Positions 38,705 to 48,416 of a DNA stretch of 64,000 nt are shown here, piece after piece (position 1 is the stretch's first letter; every line of letters begins with the position of its first letter). The stretch is from contig CBDCQT010000010.1 in NCBI GenBank assembly GCA_965220745.1, forward strand, positions 750,702 through 814,701, given 5' to 3'. This stretch comes from Alphaproteobacteria bacterium (lineage in GTDB: Bacteria > Pseudomonadota > Alphaproteobacteria > UBA828). Both the position numbers and the translations under genes were made by a program. A model generated the notes under the pieces. It did not search any database. It was not told the origin of the DNA and saw nothing but the letters and a program-made list of their open reading frames with translations.

Positions 38705-40447
38705 GTGCCAAACGCTCTTCTGGTCTACCCGGAACACCCTCCGACCTACTGGGGAGCTGACCACGCGCTGGAGCTGACGGGGGTCAAGGCGACCCACCCG
38801 CCTCTGGGATTGCTGACCATCGCCGCGTTGTTTCCTCCGAGCTATGAGCTCCGCGTGGTCGACATGAACGTGAGCGCCTTGCAGGACGCCGACCTCAAGT
38901 GGGCGGATTACGTGTTCACGTCCACGATGATCACGCAACATGTGTCGCTGCGCGCCGTGATCGAGCGCTGCAACCGCGAAGGCGTTCCGGTGGTTGCCGG
39001 CGGGCCTCATCCCACCACGTTTCACGAGGAAATTGTGGGCGTGGACCACTTCGTGCTCGACGAGGCCGAGGAGATCTTCGCGGATTTCCTTCGGGACCTG
39101 GAAGCTGGCACGGCCAAGGCCATCTATCGGGAAAAACGGAAGCCGGATGTGACCCGGACGCCGGTTCCTCGCTTTGACCTCATCGATTTGAAGAACTACG
39201 CCACGATGAGCGTGCAGTTCTCGCGGGGATGTCCATTCGACTGTGAATTCTGCGACATCATCAAGCTCTATGGTCGCGTGCCTCGCACCAAGTCGCCGGA
39301 ACAGGTCGTGGAGGAGCTCGATTCCCTCTACCGCCTGGGCTGGCGAGGCCCGGTATTTCTGGTCGACGACAACTTCATCGGCAACAAGCGAGATGCCTTG
39401 AAGCTGCTGCCGGCGATCGCCGAATGGCAGAAGGCCAGGGGGTATCCTTTCACCCTGATGACGGAAGCGAGCGCGAACCTGGCGCTGATGGACGCAATGA
39501 TGGATGCGATGATCGAGGCCGGCTTCGATACCGTGTTCGTCGGTATCGAATCCCCCAACCCCGAAGCCTTGCTCAAGACCAAGAAAGCGCAAAACACCAG
39601 CAAGACCCAGGAGAACTTCCTCTATCACGCCGTCCGAAAGATCCAGCAGCATGGCATGCAGGTGCAGGGCGGGTTCATCCTGGGTCTGGATAGCGATGAC
39701 GAGGGCGTGTTCGATGCCCAGATCGAGTTCATCCAGGAGACCGGCATTCCCGTCGCTCCTATCTACTTGTTGACCGCCCTGAAGAACACGGACATGTACG
39801 AACGCCTGAAGTCGGAGAACCGGCTTCTGGAGATGCCACTCGGAACCAATGCCATGCCTCTCAACTTCAGGACGGAGATGAGTTACGGCACCTTGATCGA
39901 GGGCTACAAACGCGTGCTAACCACACTCTACGATCCGACCCTGGAGAATTATTTCGAGCGCTGCCTGACCCTGTTCAGGCACCTGAAGCCCGTCCGGCAT
40001 CTTCGAAAGCCCAGGAGCAAGAACGAGATCGATGGAGCTTTCATGACCGTTCGCCGTCGTCTCTCCGCCAGACAAGTTCCTGCCTATTCCAAGTTTATCG
40101 GCAAGGTCTCCAAGGATTTTCCTCGCATGCTTCCCGATGCGATCTATCTGGCGGCCATGGGTTATCACTTCGAAAAGATCACGCGTCAGCAGGTCGCAAT
40201 CCATGACTTTCTGGGCTTCCTGAGAGGCGAGCTGGAGATGTTCCGGGAGACGGCTCCAGGTCGCGCTTCGGAGGTGGAGGAATTTGCGAGCTGGCGGCAG
40301 ACGTCATTCGAGGGAGCCCGGCGGCGTTACGAGTCCATACCCGATGAGTATCGATACCGGGGAGACGGGCTGGACGACGCGCTGCAGTCCTTCCGGCGTG
40401 CGGTGGATGCGCGCGCGGCTGAACCCGTGCGCTCTGCGGTGACTTGA
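38705..40447 (+). CDS. B12-binding radical SAM protein (DUF4070-type C-terminus)
   Basis: PPLGLLTIAA, VVAGGPHPT, SRGCPFDCEFC (CxxxCxxC), VDDNFIGN, GIES and GFILGLD. Confidence 0.9.
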   Translation: MPNALLVYPEHPPTYWGADHALELTGVKATHPPLGLLTIAALFPPSYELRVVDMNVSALQDADLKWADYVFTSTMITQHVSLRAVIERCNREGVPVVAGGPHPTTFHEEIVGVDHFVLDEAEEIFADFLRDLEAGTAKAIYREKRKPDVTRTPVPRFDLIDLKNYATMSVQFSRGCPFDCEFCDIIKLYGRVPRTKSPEQVVEELDSLYRLGWRGPVFLVDDNFIGNKRDALKLLPAIAEWQKARGYPFTLMTEASANLALMDAMMDAMIEAGFDTVFVGIESPNPEALLKTKKAQNTSKTQENFLYHAVRKIQQHGMQVQGGFILGLDSDDEGVFDAQIEFIQETGIPVAPIYLLTALKNTDMYERLKSENRLLEMPLGTNAMPLNFRTEMSYGTLIEGYKRVLTTLYDPTLENYFERCLTLFRHLKPVRHLRKPRSKNEIDGAFMTVRRRLSARQVPAYSKFIGKVSKDFPRMLPDAIYLAAMGYHFEKITRQQVAIHDFLGFLRGELEMFRETAPGRASEVEEFASWRQTSFEGARRRYESIPDEYRYRGDGLDDALQSFRRAVDARAAEPVRSAVT

Positions 40448-40469
40448 AGAACATCTTTGTGGCCGATCG

Positions 40470-40566
40470 GTCTCACCGGGGTCAGCGCGGCAAATCGCTC
40501 CTGCGGAACTGACGCAGGAAGGCCCAAGTCTCTTCGGCTCTCCCGATGTCGCGGTTGTGGGTGCCG
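40470..40566 (+). repeat. 97-bp imperfect direct repeat, right copy
   Basis: Aligns without gaps to 38399-38495. Confidence 0.8.
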
Positions 40567-40654
40567 GACCATCCGCGCCACGTGTCCCCGTTATTCGACG
40601 TATAGCGCTGTGCTATCGTGACGGAAAGTTGGAGGCCGCCGCGGGAGCGATCTC

Positions 40655-41356
40655 ATGGAATTGGCGCTCGATGCCGTCACGTCCGGATATGGCGGTATCC
40701 CGATCGTCCGCGAGGTCTCGCTCGAAGTGGGCACGGGCGAGATCGTCGCCATCGTCGGCCGCAACGGCGTCGGCAAGACGACGCTGATCGAGACCGTCGC
40801 GGGCCTGCTGCCGGTGATGGGCGGCGGCATCACCTTCCGCGACCGAGATGTCACCCGTACCGATGCGCGCCACCGGGCACGTTTGGGCATGGGATACGTG
40901 CCCCAAGGGCGCGGCATCTTCTCCCGGCTCTCGGTCGAGGAGAACCTCAGGATGGGCGAGCTTGTCGGCGGGAAGCGCGCCGAGGCCGCCTTCGAGCGGG
41001 TCTACGAGTGGTTCCCGCGGCTGCGCGAGCGGCGCCGGCAGCGGGCGGGCACCCTCAGCGGCGGCGAGCAGCAGATGCTCGCCATCGGGCGAATTCTGGT
41101 GGGCCAGCCCAGCATCCTGCTGCTCGACGAGCCCTCGGAAGGCATCCAGCCCACCATCGTCGAGCTCATCGCCGACGTGATCGCGAGCCTCAACCAGAAG
41201 GACTCGCTCACCGTGCTGCTGGTCGAGCAGAACATCGACCTGGTGTGCGCGACCGCCCATCGCTGCATCGTGGTGGACAAGGGCGCGACGGCAGCGACGC
41301 TCACGCCGGGCGAGCTCGCCGACCCGGAGGTCGCGCGCAAGTACCTCGCGATCTAG
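40655..41356 (+). CDS. ABC ATP-binding protein (LivF/UrtE-like)
   Basis: GRNGVGKT, LSGGEQQML and LLDEPSEG. Confidence 0.92.
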   Translation: MELALDAVTSGYGGIPIVREVSLEVGTGEIVAIVGRNGVGKTTLIETVAGLLPVMGGGITFRDRDVTRTDARHRARLGMGYVPQGRGIFSRLSVEENLRMGELVGGKRAEAAFERVYEWFPRLRERRRQRAGTLSGGEQQMLAIGRILVGQPSILLLDEPSEGIQPTIVELIADVIASLNQKDSLTVLLVEQNIDLVCATAHRCIVVDKGATAATLTPGELADPEVARKYLAI

Positions 41357-41383
41357 CCAAGCTATCTCACCAGTGTCACGGCC
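41353..41383 (+). repeat. Solo copy of the dispersed MITE-end repeat at a TAG stop codon
   Basis: CTAGCCAAGCTATCTCACCAGTGTCACGGCC matches 44276-44306 at 25 of 31 positions. Confidence 0.6.
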
Positions 41384-41412
41384 CGCTTTGCGGCCCAGGG
41401 AGGAAGAACAGG

Positions 41413-42831
41413 ATGAGCGGTGACGATCTCTGCTTTCAGACTGCGACCGAAGTAATCGCAGCATTCAAGGCGCGCACGCTGTCGCCCGTGGAACTGATGG
41501 ACGCGATCATCGATCGCTGCGAGCGGGTCAACCCGACGATCAGCGCGTTCACCTACACCTTCTTCGACCGCGCGCGGGAACAAGCCAGGGAGGCCGAAAA
41601 GGCTTATGCAGCCGGTACCGCACGGGCGCTGGAGGGCGTGCCTTGCGTGATCAAGGACCTGCATCCGGTCGAGGGCGAAATCACCACGTGGGGCTCCAAG
41701 GTCTATGAAGGCGTACCAGCCGATTACACGGTGCCGACGGTGCAACGCCTGTTCGATGCAGGCATCATCATGCACGCCCGCTCGACCACATCGGAGTTCG
41801 CCCATACCGGGCACGGCCACAGCCCGCTTTGGGGCGTGACACGCAACCCGTGGAATCTTGAACTGAGTCCAGGCGGCTCTTCGGCCGGCGCAGGCGCCTC
41901 GGTCTGCGCAGGGCTCACCACCATCGCGGACGGCACCGACGGCGGCGGCTCGGTGCGCATTCCGGCCTCGGCATGCGGCGTCTTCGGCTACAAGCCGCCG
42001 TTCGGCCGCAATCCGGTCAACCTGCTCGCCACCAATTGGGAGCCGATCCTTCACTTCGGCCCGATCACGCGAAGCGTGGCCGACGGGGCGCTGATGCAGA
42101 ACGTGATGAGCGGACAGCACGTCAGCGACATCACCACGCTGCGGGACAAGGTGGTCTTGCCGGAGAGATTCGAGAGCTTCCGGGGGGCCAAGGTCGCGGT
42201 CTCGATGGACCTCGGCTATTTCGAGGTCGACGACGAAGTGCGCAAGAACACGCAGGCGGCCTTCGACGTGTTCGAGAACGAGCTCGGCTGCACCGTGACC
42301 GAGGTCGATCTCGGCTGGACCTATGCCACCTACGACGCCTGGGTCACCCACTGGCAGGGGCTGTTCTCGGCGATCGCAGGGCATTACCTGCCACGCTGGC
42401 AATACGAAATGGACCCGGTGGTGGTCAATCTGCTCAAGACCGGCGACACCCACAGCGCCGCCCGTGTGCGCCAGATCGAGTTCGTCGCGACCGATATGTA
42501 CCGCTCGCTCGGGCCGATCCTGGAGGAACACGATGTGCTGCTTTGCCCCACCCTCGCGGTTGCCGCCACTGGGGCCGAGCACGGCGGCGACGACGCCGAC
42601 TTCACCATCAACGGCAAGCCCGTCGATGCCATGCTGCAATGGGCGATGACCTATCCGTTCAACCTAGTCAGCCAGTGCCCGGTCGCGAGCGTGCCGAGCG
42701 GCTTCGTGAGCAACGGCGCGCCCTCCGGTCTCCAGATCGTGGGCCGCACCTACGAGGACGAGACCGTGTTCCGCGCTGCGGCCGCGCTCGAGGCGGTCAG
42801 GCCCTGGCGGGGGCAGAGGCCGCCGGTTTGA
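41413..42831 (+). CDS. Amidase signature family enzyme
   Basis: IKD (Lys), TRNPWN, GGSSAG and DGGGSVRIPAS (Ser-Ser-Lys triad). ATG at 41413. Confidence 0.92.
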   Translation: MSGDDLCFQTATEVIAAFKARTLSPVELMDAIIDRCERVNPTISAFTYTFFDRAREQAREAEKAYAAGTARALEGVPCVIKDLHPVEGEITTWGSKVYEGVPADYTVPTVQRLFDAGIIMHARSTTSEFAHTGHGHSPLWGVTRNPWNLELSPGGSSAGAGASVCAGLTTIADGTDGGGSVRIPASACGVFGYKPPFGRNPVNLLATNWEPILHFGPITRSVADGALMQNVMSGQHVSDITTLRDKVVLPERFESFRGAKVAVSMDLGYFEVDDEVRKNTQAAFDVFENELGCTVTEVDLGWTYATYDAWVTHWQGLFSAIAGHYLPRWQYEMDPVVVNLLKTGDTHSAARVRQIEFVATDMYRSLGPILEEHDVLLCPTLAVAATGAEHGGDDADFTINGKPVDAMLQWAMTYPFNLVSQCPVASVPSGFVSNGAPSGLQIVGRTYEDETVFRAAAALEAVRPWRGQRPPV

Positions 42832-42916
42832 CGGCCGGCGCGGTTGCCTTCCCGACGGCGGCCACGGCATACTGACATCGGGACAACAGGTTCTTCACAA
42901 GGGAGGAAGGTAAATC

Positions 42917-44185
42917 ATGTCTAAGGCGATACGACTCCGCTCCAAATGGAAATGGGCGGTTGTGCCGTTAACTCTAGCGGCAGTGGCCTTGTTTTCTAAC
43001 ACCGAAGCGGCCGCAGAGGATCCGATCAAGATCTGCGTGATCGACGATCATTCCGGCGATTTCGCGCTGATAGTAGCGCCAAAGACGCTCGGTTACGAGA
43101 CAGCGATCAAGGAAATTAACGACGCAGGCGGTGTGTTGGGTCGCCAGCTCGAGATGGTCTTCTATGACGGCCAGTCCGACGTCAAGAGGCACCAAGAGCT
43201 CGCGCAAAAATGCATTCTCGACGATGAAGTCGACGTCGTCATGGCCGGTGCGACCAGCTCGGCGCGTGAGGCGGCACGGGCAGTCGCGGTCGAAAACGAG
43301 GTGATTTACTGGCACAACAACCAGGGCGAGGGCGGAATCGCCGACAAGTACTCGTTCTTCACCGGACCCATTCCCGAGCAGCAAATTCTCACCGGTGTGA
43401 GCTATATGATCGAGAAGTACGGGCCCAAGATGTACATCCTGGCGGCCGATTACGGCTTCGGTCAAGTCAGCGCCTTGTGGACGCACGCCGCCGCCGGTCT
43501 TTACGGCGGGGAAGTCGTCGGCGAAGAGTTCATTCCGCTCGGGAACTCCGACTTTGCCGCGACCATTGCGAACATCCAGAAGGCAAAGCCTGACTTCGGC
43601 GTCTTCTATCTGGTGGGCGGCGCCCAGTACAACTACTATCCGCAGGCCGCCGCTGCCGGCGCCAACATTCCGGCGGTTTCGACCGTGAACGTGCAGCAGG
43701 GATACGAGCACAAGCGCTACCCGCCGCCCGCTCTGGTCGACATGTACATCCCCTTCGGGTTCGTCGAGGAGACACCGACGGATTCCGCGCGCGCGTTCGT
43801 CGAGAAGGCGCGAGCGATCAATCCGGACGAGCCCTACATCAACCAGATGACGCGCTGCGCCTACGTCGCGATCCACCTCATGGCGCTGGCGTGGGAGCGG
43901 GCCGGAACGACCGAGACGCAGGCCACCATCGCGGCTCTGGAATCGGGCCTCTCCTTCGATGCGCCTGAGGGCCCGGTCTTCCTCGATCCGGCGACGCACC
44001 ATCTGACCATGGATATCAGGATGGGGCGCGTGAACGAGAATCACGATCTCGAATTCGTTCACGACTTCGGCGCCATCGAGCCCTGGTGGCTCAGGACGCT
44101 CGGCGTCAATCTGGTACGGACCGACGAGGCGAGGCAGTTCCTGCCCTGGGATGACCCGCGCCTCGCGCAGTACAAGACTGAGTAG
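42917..44185 (+). CDS. Urea/amide ABC substrate-binding protein (UrtA/AmiC-like)
   Basis: Signal peptide, EINDAGGVLGRQLE, SSAREA, ADYGFG and FDAPEGPV. Confidence 0.88.
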   Translation: MSKAIRLRSKWKWAVVPLTLAAVALFSNTEAAAEDPIKICVIDDHSGDFALIVAPKTLGYETAIKEINDAGGVLGRQLEMVFYDGQSDVKRHQELAQKCILDDEVDVVMAGATSSAREAARAVAVENEVIYWHNNQGEGGIADKYSFFTGPIPEQQILTGVSYMIEKYGPKMYILAADYGFGQVSALWTHAAAGLYGGEVVGEEFIPLGNSDFAATIANIQKAKPDFGVFYLVGGAQYNYYPQAAAAGANIPAVSTVNVQQGYEHKRYPPPALVDMYIPFGFVEETPTDSARAFVEKARAINPDEPYINQMTRCAYVAIHLMALAWERAGTTETQATIAALESGLSFDAPEGPVFLDPATHHLTMDIRMGRVNENHDLEFVHDFGAIEPWWLRTLGVNLVRTDEARQFLPWDDPRLAQYKTE

Positions 44186-44202
44186 CGATCACTTCTCCTG
44201 TA

Positions 44203-44243
44203 GTCCGGTAGCGGGGCCGCCGTTCAAGGCTCCGCTGCCGGAC
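44203..44243 (+). terminator. Stem-loop after the substrate-binding gene (mRNA stabiliser or terminator)
   Basis: 16-bp stem with G-U pairs and no U-tract. Confidence 0.45.
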
Positions 44244-44279
44244 GCTGACATGCTCTTGTCAGAAAGAGGCGCCGACTAG

Positions 44280-44542
44280 CCCGGATTTCTCACCAATGTC
44301 ACAGCCTGCGTCGCGCCCAGACGTTCGATCCGCCAGGAGCGGGCCGAAAAGCGTATCAGGGAATACGGTTGAGGTTCGCGACGCCGCGGGCGAGCGCCGG
44401 GGCGCGACCCGAAGGGCGGTGCTTTCAGGCCGACAGAGTGTGTCAAGCCGTTTGCCCGATGCCCCACATCGCGCTGCACAGCTTTCCTGCTCTGTCGGCC
44501 TGAAAGCACCGCGCAGACCATGACATTGGTGAGAAAGCCGGG
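44280..44542. mobile_element. Non-autonomous MITE, 263 bp
   Basis: 22-bp TIRs CCCGGATTTCTCACCAATGTCA / TGACATTGGTGAGAAAGCCGGG (1 mismatch), flanked by CTAG on both sides. Internal perfect 23-bp inverted repeat (44416-44438 / 44490-44512). No transposase. Confidence 0.82.
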
Positions 44543-44562
44543 CTAGGGGGAAGGCCCGTCGC

Positions 44563-45453
44563 ATGGAGACGATCTCGTTCATCGTCGGCCTGCTCTACCA
44601 ATACGCCGACACGATCGCGCTCCTCGCCCTCTCGGCCATCGGCCTCATCATCATCTTCGGCATGATGGGCGTCATCAACATGGCGCACGGCGAGATGATG
44701 ATGATCGGCGCATACATCACGTCGTTCTCTTACTACGCCGGCATCCCGACCGCGCTTGCCGTCATTTTCGGCGGCATCGGGGCGGGCGTCGCCGGGATGG
44801 TCCTGGAACGCCTGGTCATACGACGATTCTACGGGCAGCTCTTATCGTCCCTTGTGGCGACATGGGGGCTCAGCCTCATCTTGAGCCAGGGGGCTCTGCT
44901 CGTCTTCGGCCAACTCATCCAGAGCGTGCCGACACCGTTCGGCAGCTTCACGGTCGCCGATCTGTCCTACTCCTACTACCGCGTGTTCATCTTCCTGGTC
45001 GCGCTGGTCATGATCGCGGGCCTCTGGGGGCTCTTCCGTTTCACGCGCTTCGGCGTGCGCGCGCGGGCGACCATGGAGAACCCCAGGATGGCGCGGGCGC
45101 TCGGGGTCGATACCACCCGCGTCTACGCCCTCACCTTCGGGCTCGGCACCATGCTGGGGGGCTTTGCCGGCGGACTGCTGGCGCTGACGTCGACCATCGG
45201 CCCCTTCTACGGCATGACCTATACGCCGCAGGCCTTCATCACGGTGGTCGTGGGCGGCGGCGCGGAGGTGGTGACGGGGCTGCTCGCCAGCGTCCTCTCC
45301 CTCGGTGCCATCAAGACCATCTTCATGAACCAGACGAACATCCTGCTCGGGCACGTCGCGATGCTGGTGCTCGCCTTCGTGATCATTCGCCTGATGCCGT
45401 CCGGAATCTCGGACTGGGTGGAGAGGCGACAGGTCAGGGTGCGGGAGCGCTAG
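44563..45453 (+). CDS. ABC permease (LivH/UrtB-like)
   Basis: GLIIIFGMMGVINMAHGE and TRFGVRARA. Confidence 0.9.
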   Translation: METISFIVGLLYQYADTIALLALSAIGLIIIFGMMGVINMAHGEMMMIGAYITSFSYYAGIPTALAVIFGGIGAGVAGMVLERLVIRRFYGQLLSSLVATWGLSLILSQGALLVFGQLIQSVPTPFGSFTVADLSYSYYRVFIFLVALVMIAGLWGLFRFTRFGVRARATMENPRMARALGVDTTRVYALTFGLGTMLGGFAGGLLALTSTIGPFYGMTYTPQAFITVVVGGGAEVVTGLLASVLSLGAIKTIFMNQTNILLGHVAMLVLAFVIIRLMPSGISDWVERRQVRVRER

Positions 45454-45462
45454 GGAGCCGGG

Positions 45463-46548
45463 ATGTCTGTCATTCAGCGACCCCTGGCACTTCTGGTCGG
45501 CCCGCAGGAGATGGGCCGGACCTGGTATTTCTGGGTCGGCTTCGTGATCGTGATCGGCGTCGGCGCTGCTGCCCCCCAATATCTCGGGCGTTTCGATCTT
45601 CTCAACCTGTCGAACTTCCTGACCAGCATCTTCCTGGCGCTTAGCCTCTGCCTGATATGGGGCTTCTGCGGCATCCTGAGCCTCGGTCAGGCGGCGTTCC
45701 TCGGCCTTGGCGGCTACGCCTACGGCGTCGCGGGCATCAACTTCATCGAGAGCCACGGCAACACCTGGGCCGCGCTCGGCATCGGGCTTTCGGTGCCGGT
45801 GGCGCTCGCGGCGGTGCTTGGCTTCGTCATGTTCTATGCGCGGCTCAAGGGCGTCTACGTGGCGATCCTGATGCTCGTGGTGACGCTTCTGTTCGAGACC
45901 TTCCTCAATCAGACCGCAGGCCAGGGCTGGTTCATCGGTGACGCTCACTTGGGCGGAAACAACGGCCTCGGGCGGTTCTCGGGCGTCATCAAGAAGCCCC
46001 CCAGCTTCATCTTCAGCGAAGGGGGGATCAAGTTCCTCGGCAAGAGCTACGCCTTCTTCTATCTGACGTTCGGACTGGCGGTGCTCTGCTATCTGGGCCT
46101 GCGCATCATGGTGAACTCGAAGCTCGGCTTCGTCATGGTCGCGATCCGGGAGGACCCGGAGCGAACCGAGGCACTCGGCTACGACGTGCGCCTGATCCAG
46201 CTCGTCGTCTTCTGCGTCTCCGCCCTTCTGGCCTCGATGTCCGGCATTCTCTACGTCTCCTGGGGCCGCTTCATCACGCCGGACGTGTTCGGCGTGTACA
46301 ACAATATCCTGCCGGTCATCTGGGTTGCCGTCGCAGGCCGCAAGAGCCTGACCGCTACCGTCATCGGGACCCTCGTGCTGGTCTGGATGTCGCAGCGCCT
46401 GACCGAGACCGACTACGCCTTCGTGGTGCTCGGCGGCATTCTGGTGGGCGCCATGCTCCTGCTGCCGGAGGGAGTCATCACCGGGATCGTCGATCGCAGC
46501 GCCGGACTCCGCGCCCGGCTGGCGGCAAGAATCAGGGCGCAGGCCTGA
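45463..46548 (+). CDS. ABC permease (LivM/UrtC-like)
   Basis: WGFCGILSLGQAAF, LKGVY and AIREDPERTEALGY. Confidence 0.9.
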   Translation: MSVIQRPLALLVGPQEMGRTWYFWVGFVIVIGVGAAAPQYLGRFDLLNLSNFLTSIFLALSLCLIWGFCGILSLGQAAFLGLGGYAYGVAGINFIESHGNTWAALGIGLSVPVALAAVLGFVMFYARLKGVYVAILMLVVTLLFETFLNQTAGQGWFIGDAHLGGNNGLGRFSGVIKKPPSFIFSEGGIKFLGKSYAFFYLTFGLAVLCYLGLRIMVNSKLGFVMVAIREDPERTEALGYDVRLIQLVVFCVSALLASMSGILYVSWGRFITPDVFGVYNNILPVIWVAVAGRKSLTATVIGTLVLVWMSQRLTETDYAFVVLGGILVGAMLLLPEGVITGIVDRSAGLRARLAARIRAQA

Positions 46549-46551
46549 GCG

Positions 46552-47292
46552 ATGCCGCTGCTGGAGGTCAAGAACCTGTCCAAGGCATTCGGCGGGGTGC
46601 GCGCGGTGGACGGCGTCGACTTCTCCCTGGAGCAAGGCGAGCTGCGCTCCATCATCGGCCCCAACGGCGCCGGCAAGAGCACCCTCTTCAAGCTGCTGCT
46701 CGGCAGCATCAAGCCGGACAAGGGCAAGATCTGGTTCCGGGACCGCGATGTCACCCGGGCCGAGCCGCACAAGCGCGCCCACATGGGGATCGGCGTCAAG
46801 TTTCAGCATCTCGGCGTCTACGGCGACCTCACGGTGCGCCACAACATGCAGCTGCCGCTGCAGCACAGCCTCTCGGGCGAGGCGATGGATGCCGAGATCG
46901 CTCGGCTGCTGGAGCGGCTCAATCTCGCTGGTACGGAAGACCGCCGCGTGGCCGAGCTCAGCCACGGCCAGCGGCAGTGGCTCGCGATCGGCATGGCGCT
47001 CGCCATGCGACCGGTCCTTCTCCTGCTCGACGAGCCGACCGCCGGCATGGGGCCGGAGGAGACCCGCGAGACGGGTACGCTCGTCCACTCGGTCCACGAG
47101 GAAGGTGTTACGATCGTCGTCGTCGAGCACGACATGGCGTTCGTGCGTCAACTGGGCGCGCCGGTTACCGTGCTGCACTATGGCCGCGTGTTCGCCGAGG
47201 GATCACTCGCGGCGATCGAGGGCAACGAGGACGTTCGCAACATCTATCTCGGCGCGTCACGAACGATGGCCGTTCGAGGCCGCCACCACTGA
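46552..47292 (+). CDS. ABC ATP-binding protein (LivG/UrtD-like)
   Basis: GPNGAGKST, LSHGQRQWL, LLDEPTAGM and VEHDM. Confidence 0.92.
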   Translation: MPLLEVKNLSKAFGGVRAVDGVDFSLEQGELRSIIGPNGAGKSTLFKLLLGSIKPDKGKIWFRDRDVTRAEPHKRAHMGIGVKFQHLGVYGDLTVRHNMQLPLQHSLSGEAMDAEIARLLERLNLAGTEDRRVAELSHGQRQWLAIGMALAMRPVLLLLDEPTAGMGPEETRETGTLVHSVHEEGVTIVVVEHDMAFVRQLGAPVTVLHYGRVFAEGSLAAIEGNEDVRNIYLGASRTMAVRGRHH

Positions 47293-47319
47293 GGCCGACA
47301 GACCAAGGGAGAGACGGCG

Positions 47320-48309
47320 ATGCAGAGAATCAATCGGGGCGATATTCCCGCCAAGTATGCCTTCGACTGGGAAGACGAGCCGGTGCTCCGGGTGGCGCAG
47401 GGCGAGGCGTTTCAACTGGAGACCGACGACGCGCTTTCCGGCCTGATCGTCGACGACAGCGACGACCCCGAGGTGCACGACTTCACCGGCGAGCATGTCG
47501 TCTCCCTGCAGAGCGTCTGGCCGCCGACCTACAACCCGGTGGTCGGCCCGATCTACGTGGAAGGTTGCGAGCGGGGCGATACGCTTGCCGTCCACATCGA
47601 CTGGATCGACCCCTGGCGCTACGGCTTCTCGGGCATCCTGCCGGGCATCGGTCCGCTGGGGGATTCCAAGCGCTGGGCGGACTGCTCGGAGCCGCACGTG
47701 CAGGTGATCGAGCACTTTCCCGGCCCGAGCGGGCATACGCGGGATGGCACGGGGAAGTACTCCGACAAGCTCACCTGGGACCTGATGCCCTTCTGCGGCA
47801 CGCTTGCGTGCGCGCCGGAGCGCGAGGTGTTCACCTCGCTGCTGGGCCAGGGCCCCTTCGGCGGCAACATCGACTGCCGCGACGTGCGCGCAGGCCACAC
47901 GATCTTGCTCAACGCCTACCACGATGGCGGCCTGCTCTACGTGGGCGACATGCACGGCGGGCAGGGCGACACGGAGTTCACGGGCATCGCCGACGAGACG
48001 CGGGCGACGATCCAGCTGAGCGCAACCGTGATCAAGAACAAGCACGCGCCCTGCGTGCGCATCGAGAAGCCGGACAGCATCGTGGCGGTCGGCGTCAACC
48101 TGCCGATGGAGCACGCGGTCTACGACGCCTGCGACAACATGATGCAGTGGCTCAGGGACGACTACGGCATCAGCGGCAAGGACACGTACATCCGCATGTC
48201 GTGCGACCCGGCGTTCCGCATCCGCACCTACCAGATGGTGCGCGCGGTAACGATCCAGCACGTGGTCGGCGCCGAGTATCCCAAGGAGCGCCTCATCCCC
48301 GCCATCTGA
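47320..48309 (+). CDS. Acetamidase/formamidase family protein
   Basis: NPVVGPIYVEG..GDTLAV, GGNID and GDMHGGQGD.E. Confidence 0.85.
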   Translation: MQRINRGDIPAKYAFDWEDEPVLRVAQGEAFQLETDDALSGLIVDDSDDPEVHDFTGEHVVSLQSVWPPTYNPVVGPIYVEGCERGDTLAVHIDWIDPWRYGFSGILPGIGPLGDSKRWADCSEPHVQVIEHFPGPSGHTRDGTGKYSDKLTWDLMPFCGTLACAPEREVFTSLLGQGPFGGNIDCRDVRAGHTILLNAYHDGGLLYVGDMHGGQGDTEFTGIADETRATIQLSATVIKNKHAPCVRIEKPDSIVAVGVNLPMEHAVYDACDNMMQWLRDDYGISGKDTYIRMSCDPAFRIRTYQMVRAVTIQHVVGAEYPKERLIPAI

Positions 48310-48416
48310 GGCGCGCGTGGAGGCCGCCGGCCGATGTCAGCGGTGGGCTGGGACGCGCCGGCGTTGATGCGGAACCTCGCCGAGCGCCAGCTCGTGTGAC
48401 CGGCGCGGCCGGCGCG

